A DNA stretch of 64,000 bases. Origin: Azolla caroliniana (taxonomy: Eukaryota; Plantae; Polypodiophyta). Numbering within the stretch: the stretch's first letter is position 1; the number at the start of each line of letters is the position of its first letter. Position numbers and translations under genes: made by a program. The stretch lies in the NCBI GenBank assembly GCA_043228905.1, contig JBHGNT010000020.1, forward strand, positions 7,812,001-7,876,000. Direction: 5' to 3'. Positions 26,047 through 38,733 of the stretch are shown piece by piece. Under the pieces are notes generated by a model that did no database searches, was not told the DNA's origin, and was given only the letters and a program-made list of their open reading frames with translations.

Positions 26047-27580
26047 CAGTTACGCACACTCTCTATTCTTGCACCAACAAGAATGACAACCACAACTAAA
26101 AGTTTGCCCTAAGTCATATTTATACTAATATGACTTTTCGGCTATTTACAAATATAGCCTTGATGGACTCTCAGAAACATATTTACGAATATGTCTCTTC
26201 ATCCGATTCTCACCGGGTCTGTACCATCCGGCTCTCCGTAGCCGGGTACTCCTCATCCGGTTCATACCGGGTCTGCACCATCCGGCTCTCCGTAGTCGGG
26301 TACTCTTCATCCGGTTCATACCGGGTCTGCACCATCCGGCTCTTCGTAGCCGGGTACTCCTCTTCCGGTTCACACTGGGTCTGCACCATTCGGCTCTCCG
26401 TAGCCGGGTACTCTTCATCCGGTTTCGGCCTCGGCCGAGATTGTTCGTCGGCACTGTTCTTCTCCCTTCCCATTCGGAGGGACCTGTCTCCCAACATATG
26501 CAATGTCAAGGGATCATCCTAGATGAAGTGAGTTTTGCTTGTAGTTTGAAAGCTTGCAGTACTATTGGTGTTGTAGCCATTGCCAAATTTCAAAATTTGC
26601 ATGCAGAAATTGAAATGAATGGGATGTTGAAAATGAGCCGAAATGTTGGCAACGCAGTAGTTGACATGTTGGCTCACTTAAAAAAGCAAAAGAAGTATTT
26701 GATCGTCTTCTAGTAAGAGACATAGTATCTTGGAATGCATTAATTTGTGGATGGTTATGGTACACCATGAGCAAGGTGAGGAGGCGTTGATCATGTCAAG
26801 AAGATGCAACTTCAACGAATTTCTGGAGATGAAATCACATATGCATGCATTTTGAAACCTTGTGGGTGCATTAGATCTGCAAACAAGGGTGAGGAGATAC
26901 ATTTCGATGCTAAGAGGAAAGGGCTTTTAAGAAAAAGCCAACTTGTTGGAAAAGCACTAGTAGATATGTCTTCGAAATGTGGCATGCTAACAAAAGCAAA
27001 GGCAGTGTTTGACAAACTTCCCATATGTGATACAGTGGCATGGAATACATTGTTCACAGGTTATGTGCACTCTGAGCATGATGAGGAGGCCCTCAAAAGA
27101 AGACAATCTCTCCTAATTCTGTGACATTTGCATGTACTCTAAAAGCTTGTGCTAGCATTGGAGCAATAGAAAAGGGCAGAGAAATGCAGGTAAAGATTGA
27201 GGAGATGGGCATGCTGAAGAGAAACCAAGTTGTTGGCAATGCATTGGTCGAACTATATGCTAAGTGTGGAGTCTTAGAGAAAGCACGTGAAGTCTTTGAT
27301 ATGCATCCAACTCGAAATATAGTCTCATGGAATGTTCTGATTATAGGATATGGTCAAGTTGGAGAAATTGAAATGTTTTCACTGTATTTGACCAGATGAG
27401 AAGAAATGGAGTTTTACCAAATCCAATCACCTTTCTTGTTGTCCGATTACTCTTAAGTAATGGAAATGTATAGATTCAATAGCTTCACTATCCCCAATAT
27501 ATTGTGAAGAATAATGGAAATGTTGGAAATGCTTGTAGTCATACAGCCATGGTAGATAAAGGATGTGGTCATACAACCTG
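25360..27580 (+). pseudogene. PLS-class pentatricopeptide repeat (PPR) pseudogene, split by a solo LTR
   Basis: Repeated motifs LKACAK, MYSKCG, VFDK...VVSWNALI, FACSLKAC, VGNALVELYAKCG; multiple stops and frameshifts; ends approximate. Confidence 0.88.
25709..26496 (-). mobile_element. Solo LTR, copia family A
   Basis: Homologous to 1948-2705; TSD tatgc at 25704-25708 and 26497-26501; long (CT)n at about 25980-26043; 54-bp tandem units. Confidence 0.95.
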
Positions 27581-28050
27581 TATGTGTTCACCATTCTTTG
27601 TGGTTTTCCACTTTGAGTCTTTGAGCTTTCTTATTGGCCTATCATGGCTACAACCTTTATAATGTTGTCAAACTAATCATTTTGTCATGTATGTAGAATT
27701 TCTACTCGTGAAGAATATTTTATTTTGGAAAAAAAATTATTCTAACAAGATTTTGGAAGAGATTCGAGGAGAACTCCATACTCTCATATCCAAATTAATC
27801 TCCAAAAAACAAAGGTTCATTTACATATACTTGCCTACAAAATCAAATTCATGATGAGGCATCAAAAAGTTGCAGTGAAACTCAAAAGGAACAAGAATTT
27901 GTTCAGGATAATCGTGATGAGACTTTTTTCCTTTCCTTATCAAATTGACACCAAGGCATGAAAAATTTGTAACAAAGGTCAAAGAGAACTGAAAGTTCAT
28001 GAGTAGAATCTGCATCATTCTTTCATTAGGTTTCTCAAAAGAGGAAAAAC

Positions 28051-28307
28051 ATGGGTTCTACTGATGAGATCCCAGTTACTTCCTTGCACCCGGAAGCGAT
28101 TGATGCTTTCAAAGTGGGGAATGGTCAGAGCTCCTTCAGGAAAGATTGTACTTCTATAGTGTGTGTTCAAGAAGAGGAAGAACTTGGAGCAGATAACGAC
28201 TCTTTCATGACCAAATTGTGAAGGGAATTAGAAATATTAATGCTGAATAATCCTGATGTAATGGAATATGGTCCATTTGAGGCATTAGATGTGAAGGATA
28301 ATTTGGA
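28051..28307 (+). pseudogene. Decayed ORF of unknown (possibly TE) origin, continuing at 35601-35773
   Basis: MGSTDEIPVTSLHPE...ALDVKDN joins in frame across the gypsy TSD to LEVMIDGRG...; contains stops; no family recognised. Confidence 0.3.
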
Positions 28308-31300
28308 TATAACAAAGCGCTTGAAGAGAGAAAAGAAACTATAGAAAACGAGTACTCAACAAATAAGAGAAAAGGGTATTTTGCATTAAAGATTAACTAT
28401 TACATGGGGGGCATCCCCCTAATTTCCAAAAACTCGTCTCCTCTTCTTTGTTCACACAACATACTTAAATACCCATGGACTCAACTACTTGACCACTACT
28501 TTCTCTAACTACTCCCAACCAATCTTCCCCTAATTTCTCTAATTCTAACTACTCCATAACATAACACTCTCCCATGAGGCGAAGAGTTTCGTCCTCGAAA
28601 CTAAAACACTAGTACAATAACATGACTTGCTAAGTCTATAAGTAAATGAAAAAAAGAGAGAAAGAAGAATGGCAAAAGTGGTCTTACCATACTCATAAAG
28701 TAGGTAGTGTCTAAACCCTTGCCATTGTAATACTAATTATAGCTAGGGTACCCGAACAGGAATGTGGGGTCGGAAGGAAACAAACTTTCTTCAGAGATCC
28801 ATGTGGCTTCCAAAATTGGCTGCTCTTTCCACTTGATCAAAAAATTTGTATTTCCATTGCACACTTGTTGTTTTAAGATTGCTTCAGGTTCTTCAGCTTC
28901 CTCACTTAGCTTAGTCATCCTGCTCCAATGTTTATCTGCATTAAATCGCTTAACATGAAATGTATCATGCACTTTGACGGAACTAGGTAACTTCAGCTTG
29001 TAAGAAACTCCATTAAAACTTTGTAGTACTTCATATGGCCCATAATAACGATGGTTAAATTTTGGTGAGAGTCATCTAGGTAAAGGCCAATGAGTGGCAC
29101 TAACAAGGACCAAATCGCCTTTGAAAAATTCGATGTGTTGACTTTTTTTGTTAGCTACCCGAACCATTCGTTTCTTTGATTGTTGTAATCCTTGTTGTGC
29201 AACCCACGTTGTTTCTTGCTAGTCTGCTAGAAAAAGGTCAACATCGGGTTCTTTAATTTTCTCTCGAACATCATGAGAGACCAAAGCCAATTGTGTAAGA
29301 ACTTGCTTCCTTATAGCTAATTCAAAAGGAGAAAAACCAGTGATAGATTTGTTTAGAGGAGTTATAATAAAATTCCATCATATAGATATGATCCACCCAA
29401 TATTTTTTATCTGCCTGCACATAACAACGAATGTAGTCTTCAAGACTCTGATTTACCCTTTCTGTTTGGCCACCTGTTTAGGGATGAGCCGTAAAAGACA
29501 TTCGAAGTTGTGTATCTAGTAATTTGAACAGTTCTTGCCAACATCGACTAGTAAAACGCGGATCCCTATCTGATACGATTCCACAAGCATGCCATGATAT
29601 TTAAATATATGTTTGAAGAACAATTTGGCTACCTGGAGGGTTGTGAGAGGTGGTTTTGTTGGTACAAAGTGAGCTTGTTTAAAGAAGTAGTCGATGACCA
29701 CCATGATAGCATTATAACCTCTTGACATGGGCAAATCCACTATGAAATCCATACTCACCACATCCCATGGTTGAGCGGGTATTGGCATGGGTTGTAGTAA
29801 TCCAAATGGTTGTCCATACCGAGCTTTGACTTGTTGACATGTCACACAAGATTGGACGTAGTATTTTACATCAACTCCATATGGAGCCAAAAAAAATGTC
29901 GTTGGATGTTGGTAAGTGTCCGGTGAATACCACCATACCCTGTCATCTTACAATCATGTGCTTCTTGCAAAATCAGTGCCTTAATTTCCCTTATATTAGG
30001 TACAAACCACTTACCATGTACCATTAAAAGAACTTGTTGCATTCTGAGTGACCCATGAGCCACACGTTGCATTTCCATAACAGAAATCAATTGTTGCGTG
30101 TAAGGATCACGTCGTTGAGTTGTTCTAATGTCTTGTAGCAAAGAAGAATCACATATTACCAAAATGGTACAAGCATGAGGCATTCGACTTAAAGCATCTG
30201 ACATAGTATTAAGAGCACCACTTTTATGGTTGATGCAGAAATCAAATTTTGCCAAAAAATCTTGCCAACAAGCTTGTTTAGGGGACAACTTCGGCTACGA
30301 CTGAAAATACTCCAAGGATATATTATCTGTGAATACATTAGTAAATTTATCTTGGACATAATGACACCATTTGCGTAAGGCATATATGATGGCAAGCATT
30401 TCTTTCTCATGAGTAGGCCACCTAGCTTTAATCACTGAAAATTTCTTGGATTCATAAGCAACCGGATGTCCATCTTGTATCAAAATTGCACCGTAAGCCA
30501 CATCAGAACCATCAATATGGATTTCAAACGATTTAGTAAAATCTAGTAACTTAAGCACCGTTTGTGAACACACAACTTCTTTGAGTTTTTCAAAGGTATC
30601 TTGTTCTAGTGCCGTCCATTTAAAACCTGTTTTGGCTTTAGTTAGATTAGTTAAGGGGGTTGTAATTGCACTAAAATGCTTGATGAACTTACGCACATAC
30701 TGCATGAAACCTACGAATTGTTGGACTTCCACGGTTTTAGTCGGGATTAGCCATCTTCGTACGTCATCCACCTTGCTTGTGTCCATGTGAAGGTCATGTT
30801 TCCCTACCCGGAAACCTAAGAAGTTAATATCTTGTGCTGCAAACTCACATTTTTGGGGGTTAGCATACAATTTGTTTTCTCGCAATATTTGTAACACCTT
30901 CTTAACATGTACCATGTGCTCTTCCAATGTTTTGCTATAGATAAGCAAATCATCTATGTATAAGATGACAAACTCATCAAGAAAAGCACAAAATAAATCA
31001 TTGCCCAAGTGGCCAAATGTTCCTGGTGCACCTGTGAGCCCAAAACTCATAACCAACCATTCATAACTGTCATACCTTGTCCGAAAAGCTATTTTCTCAA
31101 CATCATCTTTAGCAACTCGGATTTGGTGGTATCCTGACCTCAAGTTGATGCGAGTAAAAAATTGTGCCCCTGCCAATTGATCTAGTAAGTCGTCAACGAC
31201 TGGCAATGGATATTTACCTTGATTGTTATCTTGTTGAGTGCTCAATAATCCATGCACATCCGCATTGTTCCATCTTTTTCTGCAACAAATCTAACGGGTG

Positions 31301-33790
31301 CCCCATATGGCGAATTGCTCGGGCAGATGAAACCAGATGTCTCCAGCTCGATCAATTGCTTCTTCAATTCTGCTAATTGAGTTGCATTCAACTTGTATGG
31401 AGCTTTAGTTGGTGGTGTGCTTCCCGGTAGCATGTTGATTTTTAGGGGGATGGATTATTTTTAGGAGGTAGTCCCGGTAGCATTTGCTTGATGGCAGACA
31501 ATTGTTGTACATAAAAATAATTGCCCCCCTTTTTTAAGTGAATGATTAGCCACTTTGGCACTACATAATGATAAGGGGGCATTGGACCGCTCACTTGATT
31601 TCACTTGCTTTATTGTCGGTCGATGAAGATTTACCACCACCCCATTGTGTCCATCCAAATTGTCCAATAATACTTTGTCTATTCTCCTTCTGAAATATGC
31701 GATAAGATACTTATCTACCCAATCCAATCCCAATATGACATCAAATCCTGTCATTGGAACTACTAGAAAATTTACCTTTCCTTTCCATGCTTCCGCTTCC
31801 ATAGGAATATCCAACGCCAGGAACCCAACATTGGTTGAGCCTTGCACAAAGCTTATGGATATGTCCTTCAGTGGCATAGTTTTTTAATCCAAATTTAGTG
31901 ATGCACTCGGGAGTGAAAAAGTTATGTGTTACTCCACTATCAATCATGGCGTTGCAAGCATGACCATTGATTCTAGCTGCCAAGTACAAATGATCAATGT
32001 GAGAGACACCAATAGCAAAACAAAGGGGATTTACCTTTGCTACCCCTGCCATTACCCCATCATCCACTTCATCAAGAATTTCGAGAGGTTAATAGTTGTT
32101 GGTGTCCAATTCCTCATGAAGATCCCTAACATTGGCTTGGGCTACCACAACTTTTGTTTATTTTCTTCGGGGACATTCAGATGCTAAGTGTGGACCGCCA
32201 CATTCAAAATAGCCCCTTCGGAGATTTGGGATCCTTTCACAGTTTGATGTGGATGCCATGATTTTTCGTGCTCCACTACTATCCCCCCAATTATCCTTGG
32301 GCATAGTTGGTAATTTGTTGAAAACTCTTTGCCCATGACTACTAAAATCACGTCTCATAGGGAAGTTGATGGACAATTTCATGGCTCGAAACGGTTGTTG
32401 AAGTTCTTCAAAATCACCAATTCATTTAGCCAATTGAACCACCACCTCCAAATTCATTGGTTGTTGCTCCATCCTAATTTTAGATCTTAAACCAAACAAA
32501 AAACCATGAATTTTAGTCACTTCATGAAAATGAGTAAGTTGAAGAATGAGTTGTCTATAGTTGTCGATATATGTCAATAAATTCCCCTCGCCTTGCCTTA
32601 ATTTCCTCCATTCATCCATCAAACAAGTTGTTTCATTTGGTGGAATAAAATATTGCCGCATTCCAGTTGTGATGGCTTGCCATCCCATGAAATGATATGT
32701 GTTCTCTCCGGTAAGATATCAATTTAAGGTCATCCCTATTAAAAAGTTTGTTGCAGATATTGTCCATTGATTTTGAGGTATACCACTTTGTAGAACAAAG
32801 TGTTCTACCTCATGAACCCACCTATTCAAGGCTAGTGATTTTCGTTCACCTGAATACATCCTAGGTTTGATTGGTATGAACCGTTCGCCTCCCCCTTCTA
32901 TGCCCCTATTTGCATTTCTGAGAAGGAGATCTACTAATATTTCTAATCGATCCTTCGATGGGGCTTGGTTGTGGCCATCATCCGTATCCACGAGTCTTCT
33001 AGTTGTCTCTTCCTGTGATTCGTGCCCTTCTACTTCCAATGCTTCATGGAGAGATCTGAATTCGATCCCCACCGTTTCTCCAAACCTTGTAAGGTTTGCC
33101 CTCTTGGTCGTTCCACCCAGTCACAACCATGCTCTATTATATCTTGGGATTCAAATTCATCCACACTTTCCATATTTCCCCTTCGTTGAAGAGGGTGTGG
33201 TTCCCTATCCATTCTCCTTCTATTATTCAACATGTTTTCAAAAATTTCTTACCTAAGGGTTTGGCCGACCAAGTAGATATGTTGTTGGTCGACTCTTCTT
33301 ATCCAATTAGCCATGTTGGTTGTGGCTATGATAAGATGTTCACCTCAGTTGTTGCAGGTTGTTGTTGCCTCTAGTGCTTGCGAAAAAAAAAATGAAAAAA
33401 TAAATAAATCAACCACCAACATAGCCTTCCACTCAATTTCTAGCCACAGCTTCCACTCCTGGCTGCCACTATTTGAGTTTCCTGTTTGCTTCTCTCTCGT
33501 GTTGGTTGCTAGATCTTTCCACACTTCTACACCTTCTTGGTGATGTGCAGAACCCACTCTGATACCAAGTATAACGAAGCACTTGAACAGACAAAAGAAA
33601 CTATAGAAAAGGGGTACTCAACAAATAAGAGAAAAGGGTATTTTGCATTAAAGAGGAACTATTACATGGGGGGCATCCCCCTAATTTTTAGAAACTTGCC
33701 TCCTCTTTTTTGTTCACACAACATACTTAAATCCCCATGGACTCAACTACTTGACCACTAATTTCTCTAACTACTCCCAACCAATCTTCC

Positions 33791-35557
33791 TGTCACAGAC
33801 ACACCAACCATGGACTAAGACGAAGCATGGATGACGAGGCTACGATCGATAATGCTACGAACACGTGGAATACAGAGATGAAGAAGGGGACAAGATGGAA
33901 TGAAACGATAATATACAAGATTGATATGTCAATGACTGGTGTTGAATCCCTTTGAAAGGGACCAAGGAGGTTACAAGTATTTATACTATTAATCGAAGTA
34001 CATGCATTAGAATATTCTAGAACCTTCTAGTTCTAGAACTTTCTAAAAACTCCTAGAACTTGAAATAGACCATCTATTAATAATCTACTAAGATACATAT
34101 AATATTATTATGTATTTGGATGTATTGGTTAGAACATAATACTTGACTATAATACAAGAGGTCAAGAGTTCAAATCGTGACATGATTGTTGTCATGTTTG
34201 TGACATTATCCTCCCCTTTATGGTTGCCTTTGCGAATGCATCATGGTGCAAGGGTGAGCTGAAGTACAAAAACAAAGTGGATTGAGAGGTGAAGCACAAA
34301 ACCAAAGTGGATTGAGCGAGTCCTCACCAAAAATAGGAGCATGACCGAATGTGAGCAACCATGTGAGGTCCTCATTGAAGACTGGAACATCAATGGTCGT
34401 GAGCGACCATGTGCGGTCCTCACCCAGAACTAGAACACGGACGGACGTGAGTGACCATTTGGTCCTCACTAGAGACACGAACACTGACGAACGTGAGCGA
34501 CCATGTGCGGTCCTCATCGGGAATTGGAACATCGATGGGCGTGAGAGACCATGTGAGGTCCTCACCCGCGATACTAACACCAACAAGCGTGAGCAACCAT
34601 GTGTGGCCTCATCGGGAACACGAACACTAACGGGAGTGAAACTTGAACCAAAATGAAAATGGAGTGCAAGCGAGGAATGTGATTCAATCCCCACCAAGAA
34701 AGTGAGCAGTTGTGTAACCTCGACCGGAATTGTGAAGGTGAGCGATCGAAATCAATCCCCGCCAAAATTGTGATGCAAAATGATACCTATAAATGATGAC
34801 AATGACGATGAAGAGGGAGGAACAATGGCAAAGTAGTATTGATGACAATGAAGGTTGGGCGACGTAGCGTTGATGAAGACAATGAGAGCTGCTAAAAAAT
34901 GATGATTTCGAAGACAAGGCAGTGAACACAATGATGATGAGGAAGCGTATCTAGAAGGAACGACTATGACTATGGTGACGATGGCGTCTCTAAAACCAAG
35001 GATGCTATTGACGGTAACTCTGGAAGCAACGATAGTGATGATGATAACTCTAGAAGCAAGGGCGATGACGATGATGGGTGATGCTTCCAATTGGAGGGGA
35101 TTCAAACTATCATGGACACACCAACCATGGACTACAACGAAGCACGGATGACATGAGGCTACGACTGATAAAGCTACAAGCGTGGAACTGGAAGTGACGA
35201 GGCTAGGAACTTTAGAAGTTGTGAGTAACTAGAGAGCATGAAGACAAATATGAAGATGAAGGGGACAATATGGCATGAAACGAGGAAAACTAGATTGAGA
35301 TGTCAATGACTGGCGTTGAATCCCTTGAAAGGGACGAAGGAGGTTACAAGTACATGCATTAGAATATTCTAGAACCCTCTAGTTCTAGAACTTTCTAAAA
35401 ATTCCTAGAACTTGAAATAGATAATCTACTAACAATCTACTAAGATATATATAATATGACCATACATTTGGATGTATTGGTTAGAACATAACACTTGACT
35501 ATAATACAAGAAGTCAAGAGTTCAAATCTTGACATGATTTTTGTCATGTTTGTGACA
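33791..35557 (-). mobile_element. Non-autonomous LTR retroelement (TRIM/LARD-like), 1767 bp
   Basis: LTRs 33791-34205 and 35108-35557; perfect TSD cttcc (33786-33790, 35558-35562); PPT aaaggggaggataa next to the 3' LTR; about 900-bp interior without gag/pol motifs. Confidence 0.92.
34351..34635. repeat. Six tandem units of about 48 bp inside the non-autonomous element
   Basis: gtgagcgaccatgtgcggtcctca core at 34351, 34399, 34447, 34493, 34541, 34589. Confidence 0.9.
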
Positions 35558-36495
35558 CTTCCCCTAATTTCTCTAATTCTAACTACTCAATAACAGAACA
35601 CTAGAAGTAATGATCGATGGAAGGGGATCATTCTAGGAAATGGTCAATTGTAAACAAACAAAACCTTAGACATCTAGTTGCTCAACCCCAAAAAGAAAGC
35701 TATTGGGACTAGAAGCCATAAATCGGATGTGTGGAGAACATATCTCTTCATATAGGAGGAGGATGATGCTAAATGTGAGAGAAGAAGCACGGTCTGTCAG
35801 GGATGAGTTGAATCTTAGCCAAAATCTCATTGTGCAACTGACAAGAAAACAATAGGAAAGTAGTTAAATCGACCCATTTATAAGAAGAGAAGAAGAATGA
35901 CAAAACCAACCAGAAACTGAAGGTAAATTTGAAGTTGAACCTAAAACTGAAACTGAAGACAAAGCCGGATAGAACCGGCCAGACATCCAGCCCGTTGGAC
36001 AGCCGACGGAGACAGAAGAGATGGTCAATGGACAGAGATGGCGCCAAGCGGAGACAGGGAAGAGAAACCAGGAAGAAGATAGTTGCATGAGAAGAAGAAA
36101 AAGAAAATAAGGAGAAATCAATGCATAATGAAAATGAAGTTGCAGATGCATGAACAGATCGAAGAAGAAAAGAAATGAAGAATGAAAAAAAAAACTGACA
36201 GAGAAAGAGAGAGAAGAAAATAAGAGGGGCATACGAAGTAATTTCACAAACATCTGGGCATCAAGAAGAAAAGGAGAGGGAAATGCAAGAATTTTAAAAA
36301 TTAAAGGGCCTTGAGGGCATACAACCAACTTTGGGTAACTAATAGAATTTCAATAACTGAAGGGCATCGACTGATGAAATAAAAACAAAAACACATACGC
36401 ATGTTCTAGTCGAAGGAGTTCCGTGTCAGGAATAGTACTGAGGAATTAGTACTAAGAGATGAATATTAGTACTAAGAGGAAAAGAGGGTGTAGAA

Positions 36496-36536
<41 letters not shown>

Positions 36537-36752
36537 TGATGACAGCGATATATTATGTGAAAAGAATATACAAGGATGGCTAGGAGGCTTAAGACTAGCA
36601 TTGAACTGATTTGGTTCAAAATAATGCCTTGTGCCTCCTTTTATAGTGTTCTCGAGAGTACTCCTAAAGTTTCTAGAATGTTCCAAAGGAATCTAGAATA
36701 TACATCAATTTTCTATAGTAAAACTTAAATGAAAATAATATCCTTCATATTA

Positions 36753-36822
36753 CAACATATAGTTTAATCGTCAAGAGCTCGACCCATGTAACATAAGGTC
36801 ATGGGTTCGAGTCTTGTCATAT
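36753..36822 (+). other. tRNA-like segment (A-box and B-box) within the chromovirus LTR; not a functional tRNA gene
   Basis: tagtttaatcgtcaagagc (D-arm-like) ... aggtc atggg ttcgagt cttgt (T-arm-like); T8-to-T54 spacing is 46 nt as in canonical tRNA; acceptor stem poor. Confidence 0.55.
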
Positions 36823-38733
36823 CATGACATTATGCCCACTTTAAAACTACGAGTGTCACGAGGCATTTTGGATTGAGGACCCGGTTTGTCTGGATATTGA
36901 CGATGGAGGTCTTCAAGAAGAGCACGAGCATTGGTCACATTCTCTATTGGTTCCCAAGTATGCTTGCTGGGAGTATATCCTAGCCAATTGACTAAATAGT
37001 AGAGCTTGTTGCAAACAATCTTGGAATCAAGGATGGCGGCAACCTCGTACTCAAGTCCATCTTCAAGTTCGATCGGGGGTGGAGATTGTTTAATACGACC
37101 TGGGATGGTGTTGTCTTGATAGGGTTCGAGGAGAGAACTATGAAACACTGGGATGGTTTGTTGAGCGGTTGTAGATGCGTAACCGCTCCAAACCATCCCC
37201 TGCGCAAGGATTTGTGAGTAACTCTGGGGTTTCAAATACACACCACCGGGGGGTGACAGCTTGTATAAGCATAAAATGGTGTAACCTTTGTCGATGAGTG
37301 GACAGAGTTATTTCACGCAAATTCGGCGAAGTGGAGAATATCCACCCAGTCATCTTGATGATAGCTTAGAAAGCACTGAAGATACTGCTCCAGCGTTTGA
37401 TTTGTTCGTTTTGCTTGGCCGTCTGTTTGCGGGTGGTAGCCGGAGGAGAGGTTACAAGTGACCTTGAGAATTTTAAAGAGGTGCTTCCAAAATTTCAAGA
37501 TGAACTGATGATATTATCGAGAAGGCCATGATGCCGACATACTTCACGCATGATAGTTTCAGCGGTTTCTTCATTGGAGATTTCCTTAGTACATGACAGG
37601 AAATGGGCCATCTTCATATATCGATCTACTACTGTTAAGATTGCATCGAATCCCTTAGAGACCAGAAGATCTATGATGAAATCTAGAGCAATGGATTACC
37701 ACGACTTGCTTGGAATTGGTAATGGTTCTAATAAACCATATGGATGATGCCTTGGCATTTTTGCTCTGCAACATACATATATCACAAGTCCAAACTAAAT
37801 CTTCGACAAATTATCGCATATGGGGCCACCAGAATGATCGTTGTACTAAATCTAATGTTTTAGTACCACCAAAATGCCCAAGTGTATATGTGTCATGACA
37901 GTTTTGGACTACTCAAAGGCAACAAGAACCATTAGGAACATACAAGAGTTTCTTAAAGAATAGTAATCCATCATCGCATTCGAATTGTTGATAGTCCATA
38001 CCTGGTTGTTGGGATTGTGAACAAGGTGCTCGAGAGGGATCAAATTGTGCTATAATAGCTTGGGCGAAAGCATCTGTCTTCAAGTCCTCACGTATGGTAT
38101 CGATAACGTGGGAATCGAAGGTCATACCGAAGACCTGCATTGCTTGCAGTCGTGCTGGTCCCAGGATTACTTGATTTTGGTTATTGAAAGCTGGCTCGCT
38201 AGGACGCGGTGCTAGATACGAGCGTCGTGATAATGCATCTGCCTTCCCTTGTTGCTTCCCCGGACGATATGTAATTTTGAAGTCGAAACGAGTGAGGAAT
38301 TGGGCCCACCGAGCTTGACATCGATTTAACACACGAGCATTTTGAAACTAGGCAAGGTTTTTGTGATCACTGAATACGGTGACTTGATGAGAAGATCCCT
38401 CTAGAAAATGCCTCCATTGCATAAAAGAGTCCACTATTGCTAATAGCTCCTTATCATGAATTTCATTGTTGATTTCGGCAGCATCAAACTTGCGTAAGTG
38501 GAAAGCCACAAGATGTAGCTTTTCATCATCGCCTTGTTGTGACAGAATGCTACCCAAGGCGAAATCTGACGCGTCAGCTTCAATGATGAATGGTTTTTCC
38601 TGATCAACATGAGCTAGAATAGGAGCTTATGTAAATGCCTTCTTAAGACTCTCAAAATCCATGCCTGCTTCTTCAAACCAAACGAACAATTGTCCCTTCC
38701 TGGTAAGATGTGTGAGAGTAATCCTATATAAAC

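Larger units (their letters stand above)
28308..35600 (-). mobile_element. Ty3/gypsy chromovirus (Reina/Galadriel-like), full-length but degenerate
   Basis: LTRs 28308-28566 and 33570-35600 (the latter split by an insertion); PBS tggtatcagag 33557-33567; PPT gggagag; protease AMIDSG, RT YIDDLLIYS, integrase VSMDFI, chromodomain FLIKWKEQPILEATW; degenerate TSD ttgga/ctaga. Confidence 0.92.

Noticed and set aside
26130-26522. 130-aa repeat-protein ORF (also 39118-39498, 2136-2667)
   Set aside because: Arises from triplet-length tandem repeats inside LTRs and is open on both strands; no evidence of a gene
34351-34635. CRISPR-like repeat-spacer appearance
   Set aside because: The variable halves are homologous to each other (shared gaaca core), the repeats are degenerate, there are no cas genes, and the context is a plant retroelement
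36753-36822. Functional tRNA gene
   Set aside because: Acceptor and anticodon stems do not pair properly; kept only as a tRNA-like LTR segment
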